Shown here: positions 25,401 to 36,992 of the stretch, piece by piece | Numbering within the stretch: the stretch's first letter is position 1 | How the letters are laid out: every line of letters starts with the position of its first letter | NCBI GenBank assembly: GCA_002269645.1 | Contig: NIVC01001601.1 | Span: forward strand, 186,001-250,000 | Length of the DNA: 64,000 nucleotides | DNA from: Macrostomum lignano | Lineage: Eukaryota | Direction of reading: 5' to 3' | Notes under the pieces: generated by a model | Database searches by the model: none | Told to the model about the DNA's origin: nothing | The model's input: only the letters and a program-made list of their open reading frames with translations | Position numbers and translations under genes: made by a program

Positions 25401-28284
25401 ATAGGGTTCACAGGGCTATTCACAATAGAATTCACCGGGCCATTCAGAATAGGGTTCAGAAGCGAGGGTAATATTTACAAACACAAATAAAAATTTGGCT
25501 CAGTGCCAGACAAAAAAGCATGAACTACTCAAGCAGCACTCACACACTCGCCCTGGCAGCGCAGTGAGCACAGGCGGTACGCTGGTTGATGCAGTGCACC
25601 GAAGCGGGTCGCTGGGCTTGATAATCATCCGCTGTCGAGCCCGATACTGTCGACGAAGTCTGTCGGGAATTGCGCCGATTTTTTCTGCTTTTAACAATCT
25701 CTAAGTCTCTGCTGCCGGTCTCGTACAGGCAGCGGACCAGGTGCTCTACCAGCTCTTTGAATGGGGAGCTCTGCTCGGCCTGAAATGCAAAGTAAAAAAT
25801 TATTTACGATACATATCGGCGATGACTGCAACTGTTAATCAGTTAACAGTATTAGTAATAAGTTAATTCGCAATTGCACAAGTTGAGGCCCTCGGGTGTT
25901 TCATTTGCCACCAGTATCGGGTTTATAACTTTAACATGTAGCAATTTAGCTTGTAACCTGCAGCTATTCAGCTTGTAACCTGCAGCTATTCAGCTTGTAA
26001 CCTGCAGCTATTCAGCTTGTAACCTGCAGCTATTCAGCTTGTAACCTGCAGCTATTCAGCTTGTAACATGCAGCTATTCAGCTTGTAACCTGCAGCTATT
26101 CAGCTTGTAACATGCAGCTATTCAGCTTGTACTTTATGTAAAAAATCATACTAGTCTACCCAGATAAGCGCGCATTATAACAAGCTTCACCTTAAAGTGC
26201 AACAGACCCTCGCCCAGAGGGCTCAGCCGTCCCAAATCGATTTTCAGCAGATTGGACACAGTAGAATGTGTACAGGAGCGGATGCAAGGGAACGGCAGGC
26301 TTAGCACGGGATTAAGGAGGTCGTCTTTCACCAGCAGCACCGCCGATTCAGTCAGGCAGAATCGATATTGCCCAGGTAAGTTCGGCTTGCCATGCTTAGA
26401 AGAGGCGGCGGCTAGCTCTTTGTTCTTCAGCGTGACGTTGACGCACTGCTTCAGTTCCGGCCATAGACAGTTGCGCTGCGCTGAGAAAATCTCGTTCAGG
26501 TGGAAATACCAGCGGCTGAGCTCGTCCTCCGTGTCGAATTCCAGGTACAGTGCCTCATCCTGGGCGGCGGTTGGCAACAAATACTTCGAATTACAGAGAG
26601 CTGGGAAACAGTTTTTTTAACGAAAACACGCTGTCACGGGAAGAAAAAACTGCCGAAAAAATATATCAAATCTTTGAAAGAAGACACGATGTTTGTGTAA
26701 TAACCTAGGGAATTTTTAATGAAGACTACGTGCTTTACCGGGGCAAGAAGGGCATTTTTTATGAAGACAGCGGTGCTTAGAAGACATGCTGTTTCTAGGG
26801 TAAAAGAAGCATGCTGTTTCTGAAAGACATCCTGTTTTTGAAAGAAGACATGCTGTTTCCGAAAGAAGACATTCTGTTTCTGAAAGAAGACATGCTGTTT
26901 TTTGAAAGAAGACATGCTGTTTCTGAAAGAAGACATGCCGTTTCTGAAAGACATGCTGTTTCTGAAAGAAGACATGCCGTTTCTGAAAGACATGCTGTTT
27001 CTGAAAGAATACATGCTGTTTCTGAAAGAGGACATGCTGTTTCTGAAAGAAGACATGCTGTTTCTGAAAGAAGACATGCTGTTTCTGAAAGAAGACATGC
27101 TGTTTCTAAAAGAAGACTTGCTGTTTCTGAAAGAAGACATGCTGTCTCAGAAAGAAGAAATGCTGTTTCTGAAAGAAGACATGCTGTTTCTGAAAGAAGA
27201 CATGCTGTTTCTGAAAGAAGACATGCTGTTTCTGAAAGAAGACTTGCTGTTTCTGAAAGAAGACATGCTGTTTCTGAAAGACATGCTGTTTCTGAAAGAA
27301 GACATGCTGTTTTTGAAAGAAGACATGCTGTCTCAGAAAGAAGAAATGCTGTTTCTGAAAGAAGACATGCTGTTTCCGAAAGAAGACATGCTGTTTCTGA
27401 AAGAAGACATGCTGTTTCTGAAAGAAGAAATGCTGTTTCTGAAAGACATGCTGTTTCTGAAAGAAGACATGCTGTTTCTGAAAGAAGACATGCTGTTTTT
27501 GAAAGAAGACATGCCGTTTTTGAAAGAAGACATGCTGTTTCTGAAAGAAGACATGCTGTTTCTGAAAGAAGAAATGCTGTTTCTGAAAGACATGCTGTTT
27601 CTGAAAGAAGACATGCTGTTTCTGAAAGAAGACATGCTGTTTTTGAAAGAAGACATGCCGTTTTTGAAAGAAGACATGCTGTTTCTGAAAGAAGACATGC
27701 TGTTTCCGAAAGAAGACATGCTGTTTCTGAAAGAAGACATGCTGTTTCCGAAAGAAGACATGCTGTTTCTGAAAGAAGACTTGCTGTTTTTGAAAGAAGA
27801 CGTCAGGGCTTCTAAAAGGAAAATTAATTTGGTTTAGCAAAAGCAGAAGATCGATTTCTCTCACAAGACCCGGCTGCTTCCGGCAAGAACCCAGCAACAC
27901 AGAGGATATGCATGGGGGGGGGGAGGGAAATTAATTTCCCAAATGACAAACCTGAAGACAAACGCCCAGAATAGTCTGATTTGCTTTCTTAGTGCTTCTG
28001 GACAGCAGGATGACGTTGGCCAAGTCGTAAACTCGCTTTGGCTCGCCTCTCTCGTAGCACTTCTTATTCTTATAGGCGTACAGAAAGTACCTCGGCGGCA
28101 GGTTCAGAGTGGATTTACCAGACTCAAACTCGTTAGTTAACGAGCTGCGTCTTGGCTGCGACTTGAGCACAAAGAAGCGCTTTTTCTTGGCTTGGACCTC
28201 CTTGATATAAGCGAAGGCGATGGTGCTATCAGCGGCCTGAACGATGGTCATCGAGCTGTCCTCGAGCGAGGCGGTGTCCTCCAT
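19428..28284 (-). CDS. IRS: Insulin receptor substrate (IRS/chico)-like adaptor: PH + IRS-type PTB + YxxM tail; exons 28284-27952, 26559-26191, 25779-25544, 24743-24436, 23054-22986, 21353-21068, 19998-19428; 723 aa
   Basis: PH: YIKEVQAKKKRFFVLK...CLQDEALYLEFDTEDELSRWY. PTB: VNVTLKNKEL...GQYRFCLT...IRSCTHS...IDLGR, compared with IRS1 IYRLCLT...IRRCGHS...IEVGR. The tail has YCLM, YVTM and YFMM. Exons sum to 2172 nt with compatible phases. The last acceptor is ambiguous (19998/20010/20019). Confidence 0.85.
20020..20830. repeat. 27-30-bp minisatellite TGACCTAAAAACTTT(TT)GATGAATGATT(T/C)C in IRS intron 6, ~30 copies
   Basis: Period counted directly. The sense-strand unit contains TTTTTAG|GTCAG. 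Confidence 0.95.
21383..22938. repeat. 23-bp G-rich minisatellite GGGGGTGGCTGGAGTTGGTTTAT filling IRS intron 5
   Basis: About 65 copies, with a gradient of variants along the array. Confidence 0.96.
24150..24400. repeat. Degenerate ~24-bp repeat (GAAGGCCGATTCT...) in IRS intron 4
   Basis: Recurrent AGGCCGATTCT motif. Confidence 0.7.
24830..25460. repeat. 23-24-bp minisatellite AATAGGGTTCACAGGGCTATTCAC in IRS intron 3
   Basis: Period counted directly. Confidence 0.92.
25948..26130. repeat. 22-bp minisatellite TGCAGCTATTCAGCTTGTAACC in IRS intron 2, ~8 copies
   Basis: Period counted directly. Confidence 0.93.
26770..27800. repeat. 21-bp minisatellite ATGCTGTTTCTGAAAGAAGAC in IRS intron 1, ~47 copies
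   Basis: Period counted directly. It is the source of the long ERRHAVS / LKEDMLF pseudo-ORFs. Confidence 0.96.
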
Positions 28285-31200
28285 CACGAACTGGCGAGGC
28301 TGGCTGGCAGCTCAGCGGCCGGGCAGCATCGGGAGGTCAAATTAAATTTAAGCAAATTGCAGATCTGCAAATTCAAAATAAGAAAGCAGCATAGAGCAAT
28401 GGAGGCTGGCCTGGTGCAGAGCGGCGGGGTGCAAAAAAAGACTCAAAACATGAAAATAGCGCAGGTTTATTAGAGTGGACTCTCAGCACTGGGCCTGACC
28501 TGAGCAGCCCACTCTCGGCGGCCGCTCCGCCCACTGCATATGAGGGCATGAAGAATATTTGATAAATAAGACACCGCTACCGCTACTTCATACGAAAGGC
28601 TATCAACCAACACTGGGGGCACTCGAGAACAGCAGCCACCACCTCTGCACCCGAATCAGAGAGCACTAAATTAATAACACACTCTGGAGCTGGCAATTTA
28701 AAGCCTATTGTTAGGATTAATTACCCAATTACAATTGCAAAGCAAGTTTTGTTTTGTTAAAGCAAGTTCACAATGTACTTTATTCACGAGAATGAATTAA
28801 CATTTCTCATAGATACTGTGGATATCTGTTTTTATTATGAAACTCTAGAGAACTGTATTATTCTGTTCTCTGTGCAGAATTACAGCTTTAAGTGTCCACA
28901 TGCACAGTACAGCAAAATACAAAGCAATAAAAACTCTACTAGAACTTACTTGAATCAAAATCGTTTTATGTAAAGCGCTGCAGCGGTGAAGTGTGATAAG
29001 ACTTCAACAAAAATTATCGCTAGTTCGGATTTCAATGCTGGTACTGGTACTGGTGTTTACAAACTCAGCTAAACTATATATATATATATTTATATATATG
29101 CGAGCAGTTCGGAATTTGGCACAGTCCAGACGCACTCTTAAACCCCCACAGCCAATGGGACAGCTCTGTCTCTACTGGACCCCATAACCCGCCTGCCCCG
29201 ACATTCTAGACTGGCAAATCAGACGGCACCGCCTGCGCTCTCGCCTCGCTCTCTCCTTTAAAAAATCCCTCACCCCCCAAATTGGGATTTTGGTGAGCTG
29301 ATAGAAGAAAAGGACATAAATATTTTTGTGTATCTTCCTTTCATTTCATTTCTAGACCTCGCCTTCGCCGCCTCCTCCTTTTCACTCCGTCTGGCTCGCT
29401 CTGGTCTCCGGCCGGCTGAGGGCACGCCCCGAGCCGAGCGCATAGAGACACCCACTCCCCCGATCTCCGCCTCGCCTATAGGAGAAAGGGAGCGGGGAAG
29501 GGCAAGGGAAGAGAGCAGGCAGAAGAAGAACAGTCGCCACACCAGACTGCTCCCAGAGCTAGCAATAGCTTAGTGCTCAATTCTGCTGCACAAGATTGAA
29601 GTGCCTAAGCAAATAAGCCTTTCTTTCCTTCCCCAATTCGGTACGCAGAAGTACATCCTCAATATCCCCTCCTACTGAAAGAGAACTCTGACTGGGATGG
29701 GGGATGGACAGGCAGCCAGAGAGAGAGCGGAGCGCGGCAAGTGCGCTCGGCTGTACAACTGGGTTGCTGAGGACAAACTCCTGGGGAAGAGAAAAATTTC
29801 TTCCCCTTGAGACTGGGCGCCAGCTTTCACGTGACTGCTAGCCCCAGTGAATCCCCATATTTCTCTCTATTGCCCAGCCAAAACATCCATAGAGCGCGGG
29901 AGTAGGTCGAATATAAATGCGAGGGGGAGAGGATGTTGTTGATTAGCCAAACACAGGCAGCTGCTGAATGAAAGTGAGGACTAGAGAGAGGCAGGAGACA
30001 CAGAGAGAATGGCAAAGCAGCTGGGGCCAATAGAATTCAACTAGGACTACACGGGAATAGAGTGGAGAGAGACCGGACTCACGCCCACAGCTTCCCATCC
30101 AGACAAACTAACATCTAAGAACACGTGTAAACAACTCATTTACTGCTACATCTGCCCCTCTCTTGCTTGTACTATCCTCAGACTCAAAACAGTAACTACC
30201 TACTGACTTGGGCCAACAACGTCCACATAAAGTTGAGTTCAAATAGATTCAACTAGAAGGGCATTATAAACAAGTTTACGTGACAGCCACAGCCCTAAAA
30301 TTACCAATTTGGGAATTTTTTATTATTTTATGACTCACCCCAAACAGATGCACGTAGATCAATTATTGACACACAATGTGTGCCGAAAACATGAGACTGA
30401 TTCTCACCAACTAAATAATTGATATAATATAACTAAAAAACACTAGCAAAGAAAGCAAAAATTGTGATTATCCTACTAACGAAAGCAAGTAGTGAGGTGA
30501 GGTAAAATAATGCTGATTTTTTATAATAAGAGTTGCTAAATTCTATGCTCATTTATCTGTGCTCCTAATATATTCCAATCTTAAACTTTAGGTTTTCTAT
30601 TGATGGTATGTCTCCTTTAGTTTAGTGCTAAAATATTTAATCTTTAATCCCTCATAGCCACTATTTTGTGGTCCTTAGTTATTAGACTTGAGTATCAACT
30701 TTTTTCTAAAATCTAAAGATTAAAATAAAACTTTATTTAGCTTAGACTATTAAAGAAAATCTTTTAACATTAATGATTTAAAAATTTGCTACCAACTCTT
30801 ACTGTTTAATATGCTTAAAAGAGATTCATGCTATAGTATAGAAATTTATATAATATTTAATCAATAATAAAAAACTGAAGCCTACTCACTTTCCACCATG
30901 AAATAAAGCTTTATGAAATGCTCTTTTGGCATCTAGGATCAAAATTCAAAATTCCAAAATCAAAGTTCATATGTCATAATACACACAATTATACAAAATA
31001 TAACCTAGTTTATTTTTATCATACTCTATTCATACCCTTTCATAATCTCACAAAGTATATCATATGCTAAAAATCTAATACATATCTATCCTATATATAG
31101 AATAAGAAATTACAGATTTTTTAAACAATGAATTCTGTTTTATTCAATAGTAGTCTAAACTAAAAAACTATTGAAAGGACTTGAGAGATATTATACATGT

Positions 31201-32386
31201 GCAACACCTGGGCAAGCTGAAAGATCTGACTGGCAGGCAAGTGGCTCAGCCAAGGTACATTGCAAAAATGCTCACCTGAAAAAAGCAAGCAATCTGCACG
31301 TAGTACTAATTAGATGACGAGGCATTCAGCCTTGATAATATAGCCTAAACTACTCCTGTTGTTTACCAAAAATTCGAAGTTTGTGAAATTCAAAAACATA
31401 GAGTTGTGGGTCCTCCACCTGTATCATTGTGATACAGTCCATTGTCTATTGTAAGACCTGCAATGTGCTATGACTTGATGCAATAAACAGTCAGCAACAC
31501 TCAAGAAATATGCAAATGAGCAGATTGAAATAAAGATAGCTTACAGATAGCCATAGGCTTCAGCTCCATGTGGGTTATTGCCATAATATATAGAGACAGT
31601 CAGTGTGGACCATGTGGTTGCATTCCAATTACATAGACTTCACTGATTACTAACATCAAAGGTTACAACTGTCACAGTTAAACAAGTTGAATAAAAAAAT
31701 TCCAAACAAGCAAATCATCCCATTCTTTGTGTTTTACAGTAGGTATATACATTATTTTTTAGAAAAAAAACCACTAGATGATTAGGCAACCAAAATTCAC
31801 AGGAATTCAAAAGCATTTTTTGTCTCCATATAGGCATGTTTCTATGGCTACAACCATCACACTCACACTGTGTCCCAATTGCTTTCAAATAAAACTACAG
31901 TTCTAAAAAATTTTTTTAAACTACAATGCAGACTTGTTATTTTAGGATAAAAAACTAATGTTAATGACCTTTTTTCATATTACAACAAGCTGTTGAAACC
32001 CGTGGATTTTGAACCCATGGAATTCCTATCCCCAGAACTATTTTTTGCATGTATTCTACTATCTGAAGTCACACTCAAACAAAAGCTTGTTAATAGTTAG
32101 TAGGATAGAGGTAAACAAAATGGAGTACATTGGCATAAAATTAGGATTTGAGGCAAACATTGATATTGTTGGCTGGGGTGCTTTTTACTTTAAATAGGCA
32201 ATTAATGTTTGTTGGACTCTAAAACACGTATTAGCAAACTCTGGCCTCTGACTCTCCCTATGTCCCTTGGATCTTTTGAAACTTCTATCTTCTATTCTGT
32301 TTCCTCTCTTCTCTCTTGTCTCTCGTCTCTCCTTTCCTCTCTTCTCTTTCCCGTTGAAAAAGTTATGCACCTGCAGAGGCACAAAA

Positions 32387-32804
32387 GGTGAGCGAGGTGC
32401 ACAAAAGAGGCACCCTGGTGGCCTATTTTGTGCATGTTTTGGAAATGCACCTGAGTGCACCTTTTATGCCTAAATGTCACCAATATTTTTGAAAAGAGGC
32501 ATGAAAGGTGTAAAATTGGTGAAGTGGTCAGGCAGTAGGTGAATTCTCAATTTTGATTGTTTGCGGCAGTAGGGGCAGTAAAGGTGCGTAAGGGGCACTG
32601 GAAGTGCGCAAAAGGTGAACAGCAGGCTCACAAGTGAGGCACAGCAGGTGCAGGAAAGGTTCTGAAGGGGCGCAGAAAGTGCACGAAAGGTGAATCAGAG
32701 GTGCATAAAGTGTACATGTGCGGCGTAAATATGTATACAGGTGCATTTCCAAAACATGCTCAAAATAGACCCCTAAAGTGCCTCTTCTGTGCACCTAACT
32801 CACC
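32387..32804. repeat. Foldback/inverted repeat with 67-bp arms (32387-32453 and 32738-32804), inside a GGTGCAC-rich region extending to ~33440
   Basis: Manual alignment gives 58/67 identity between the arms. No TSD found. Confidence 0.75.
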
Positions 32805-33499
32805 ATTCATGCCTATGCACAAATTAACGCATTAATAATTTGTAACAAAAAATTAAATGAGAGTTACATACTCGTATATTGCACGCACCAATTGAACATA
32901 GAAAAGCTTTATTTACACCTTTACTAATCGCTGCTATCCCCTTCCTGATCCTGACAAACCACAAAACTAAACATTTCCTATACTGATAAACTGAAACTCA
33001 AAACTCAAGCCTTACTGAAAAGTGATGAAAAGGTTTGCATTAATGAGGAAAAATTTCGAATAGTGAGAAAAGGTAGCAAAGAACTTTGCCAGTTGAAACT
33101 TAAATGCCCCTTGCATTGCCTCTACGCTTAAAGTGCCCACTGTGCACCTTTTATTCACCTTTCGTGCCTCCAGTGCACACTGTACACTTTTTATGCACCT
33201 CTACTGCAGCGCACCTTTTATTCACCTTTCACTCCCCCAATGCCTCCAATTCCTACTTTGTTCACCTTTTGTGCCTCAATGCACACTGTGCACCTTTAAT
33301 GCACCTAAATCCCCTACGACACCTGTGCCCCTACCGCCTAGTTTGTGCCTTAAATTCACCTTCTGACCCTGCAGAGGCACTCAGGTAAACAAAAGGTGCA
33401 CAAGTGGCACAAAATAGGCATAAAAGAGGTGAAAGTGAGGCAGAAGGTGCAAAACTTTCCACCTTTCATGCCTACTTTAAAAACTCTAAATCCAATGGG

Positions 33500-34140
33500 T
33501 TTTTCCTCTCTCCTCTCTCCCCTCTTCTCTCGTATCTTCCCTCATTTCTCTTCTTTTTCATCTTTCTTATCTTATCTCTTTTCTCTTCTTTTCTCTTTTC
33601 TCTCCTCCCACTCTTCTCTCATCTTTCCCTTCACTTCTCTACTTTTTTGTCTTTATTTGCTCTATGATCTCTCCTTTCTCTTCTTTTTTATCTCTTAATT
33701 TTCATTTCTCTCACCTCACTTACTTCTGTCCCTTTGTCTCTCCTTTCGTCTCTGTAATCTCTTCTCTCTTATCTCTTTTCTGTTCTCTCTACTCTCCCAT
33801 CTCTTGTCTGTTCATTTTTGTCTTTGCTCTCAGCTCATCCCCTCTCTTTCATCTGTTATCTTTACTGTCTTATATGTTCTCTCATTCTGTCCTCTGTATT
33901 CTTTTCTTTCAACTCTTTTGTCTCCTCACTTTCCTTTCTCTTTTCTCCTTTCTCCTTTCCTTTCTCTACTCTTTACTTTCTCCTCTCTACTAGCTCCTCT
34001 ACTTGCTCTTCTACTCTCTCCTCACTCCTTTCATTGTCCTCACTCCTTCATCTCTCCTATTATATTTTATCTTTTCTCTTATTCCCTCTCTCACCTCTCC
34101 TCTCTTTTTGAATAGTCTATTTCTTCTTCTCTCCACTCTC
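33500..34140. repeat. Long degenerate polypyrimidine (CT) tract
   Basis: About 640 bp almost entirely C/T on the + strand. Confidence 0.85.
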
Positions 34141-36545
34141 AACTGCCCCTTAGCCATAAGCTGGATTCTTTTCTGGCCTTTAAGGTAAAAGTTTGCCCAT
34201 TCCTGCTTGGAAAGCCAGTTTGTGGGATGTAGCACTCTCATGGGTGTTCTCATGCTTTGATCATGTCATCTTTCTTGCCAATTTACAAGCCCTGAAAAGA
34301 ATTTGTATATCTTCAGCTCCACTGCAGTCTGCATCAGTCTAACAACCAAGGAAATATGCATTTCTTTGGCCATTTAAATTTTAAAGTACCTTAAAAGAAA
34401 CCTTAAATTTCCATGGTGACTAATTTAGTAGCGTTGTATAGATCACATTGCCTTTTAATAAATATTTTGCTTTTACAAACCATGCTGGATTACCTTGATT
34501 TGCCATCCACTGTAAAACTGCTGCAGAGTTTGCCTATATAGAGGACAGTAGTTAGAATTTCTCACTAAACTATTATGGATGGCTAAACATAGCCTCTCCA
34601 CGGGGGTGTAGAGAAGGCCATAAACAAAGCTATTCCAAAACACTATACATTGCCATGTACATTCAGCCCTATCGCCTGACCCTTGGTCTGGCTCTGGGGG
34701 AATAAGTGAGTGAGTGGCACAAACAACAAAAAAAGCAGACAAACTTCACATGCTTACAGTTTCTTTTTCAGTTGAGTTACAGATTTGAGACTTTACATTT
34801 AAATAAAAAATGAGTCAATGAAGAATTGTGTCAAGTTTAAAATCAATTGCTTTATGTGGAGCAAACTTATAGCAGCCGAAAGTTAGTCAATTTTGAAACC
34901 CATTTTACACATTTTGGGCCCAGATTGGGATCAGGAGAGGCAGGTGGACGGAGGTTGGGGTTTTTGCTACACTGAAAAAACAGCCTAACTTTAAAAGTGC
35001 ACAGCACTGCTCAGGATTAACTTTGAGACTCGAAATTTTACATGATTGTGCCTAAATAGTTGAAGATTGTCTGTGTCAAATTTGAAGGGAATTGGTAGAA
35101 GTAGAGCAGCGCTATGGAGGGTTTAGTGAAAAAAATTGTGCATTTTGAGCAGTTTTTTTGTACTTTTAGGTAGGAAGACTCAAATTTAGGAAATTCAAAG
35201 GTAGCCTAAGACATTCTCCATAGTGAGTTTAGGGTGGGTACAAAATTTGGTGTAATTTGGTTGAGCAGTTTGGGAGTCCATAGCAAACAAAATTGTCCAC
35301 AGACAGACACACATTGAGTTTTTATTTTTATAGGTAGAGATTTAGCATTATATCCTAAAACCTACAACCATCACATTCGTAGAATGAGCAAAAATGACAA
35401 TACTTCTATTTATATGAAAATTCAAGAAGTGCATATATGTATTATTATATAGGCCTATGATTCATTGACATTAGTATCAAGTCCCTGCTTGACCATTGGT
35501 TACTTATATATGCAACTCCCTGATTTATATCAGCCATGCAACTTACTTTTTGACTAAAATATGACTTATCCTTTCCTATAAAAGAAACCTAAATATAATT
35601 TTTGGTAAATGACAAAAGTAATAATGTTAAATGATTATATTATTTAGGCTAAATATTGTATCATCTAATTAGTATTATGTTTCCATTTTTGGGTTAATGT
35701 TTTTGCAATTTATCTTTGCAAGACCTCTTGCCACCTGGCCTAATTGACCTTTTGGCCATGTCAGCTACGGTGTTAGGCATATGCATATATATAGGCCTAT
35801 GGTTAGCTAGTTTTAGTGGAAACTTAAAACATGGCAGAAGGCTATTCAAAAAATAGACTAGTAGACTATAAAATCAATGAAATCTGCACCAATCCAAATT
35901 TAGATCTACTAATTCATAAATAGGCATATACAATTATGAATTAAGCATAATGCAACTATAGTGCTGAAAGATAAATATACGATGGAAATTTCTATTCTGC
36001 ATTAAGACTAGCCAAGAGTTGGTCATACTCTTGGGTGCTAGTAAACTTGTCAACTTTTTTGTCAAATGGCCTAGCTATATGGTAAATTCCTTAACACAAT
36101 ACATTGTTGCTAGCTTAGTGTACAGAAAAAATAATGAGCTAAGCTGTATCATTGTAAGTAATATATTGGTTTTTAGGCACAAGAAGACATGACATTGACA
36201 ATTGTCAATTGTGATAATGCCTACCTTTACTGTTGCCAGATTGTATTGCAGCACCTAGCAGTCTACTATGTATAATAAAATGAAATATAAATTAAACATA
36301 AAATAACATAAAACATAAAATATGAAATTAAAAACAATGAAACCAAGATCTTCTATTTTAACAACTAGCTAATATGGGGATATAAGGGCCTATCCTTTCA
36401 TTTTGATGATTTATAAAAAACAAAAATATTTTTTGAAAAAAATGGCCGATTTCACTTTTAAATTACTATTAAAATGTTTTAAACAATATTTCCATGAATC
36501 CCTAGTTCCTAAAATACCATAGGCTTAACAAAGTTTTTTATTCTA

Positions 36546-36992
36546 GGCAGTTGTTATTTGTCTGGTGACTGGACAAATAGCCTTTTTGCTATTTGTCCGA
36601 TTAAATTGCTAACACAAATATCTTATTTGTTTTGTGATGAATATTCTAGACTTTTAAGACCTTTTCTCGTATACTGATTAATATTTTTTTGTATTACTTG
36701 AGTGTAAACAAAGCAGTATATTCAATTCGGCATAATTTGGTGTATAAGACACATACTAGTATAACAATATAATAATCAAGACACGAGTAAGAAGTCTTTG
36801 AAGTCTAGGAATATTTACCCTTGTGATTTTTATAAACTAGATATTTTAGCATTATCAATTTAACTGGACAAAAAACAAAATGTCTATTTGTCTAGTATTA
36901 ACCAGATAAATAGGAAAACATGGTCAGGATCCAGTAACCGGACAAATAACCACATTGCTATTTGTCCGGTCACTGGACAAATAACAATTGCC
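36546..36992. mobile_element. MITE, 447 bp, with 36-bp TIRs and a 9-bp TSD TTTATTCTA (MULE/Merlin-type signature)
   Basis: Left TIR GGCAGTTGTTATTTGTCTGGTGACTGGACAAATAGC matches the reverse complement of the right end at 32/36. TTTATTCTA flanks it at 36537-36545 and 36993-37001. Confidence 0.88.

Noticed and set aside
1905-27800. Regular arrays with 21-34-bp periods resembling CRISPR repeats
   Set aside because: Units are contiguous with no unique spacers, no cas genes are present, and the context is eukaryotic.
26811-27900. 334-aa (ERRHAVS) and 311-aa (LKEDMLF) heptad ORFs resembling coiled coils
   Set aside because: They are produced by the 21-bp intronic array, open in several frames, with no coding context.
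29270-29600. GC-rich segment upstream of IRS with 81-90-aa ORFs
   Set aside because: Low-complexity sequence with no homology cues. It is more likely 5' UTR or promoter, but no element could be pinned down.
34985-35345. Segment ending CACAGACAGACACACATTGAGTTTT...TAGAGAT, reminiscent of non-autonomous Helitron-type ends
   Set aside because: Single copy here, with no definable 5' end or hairpin. The resemblance is from memory only.
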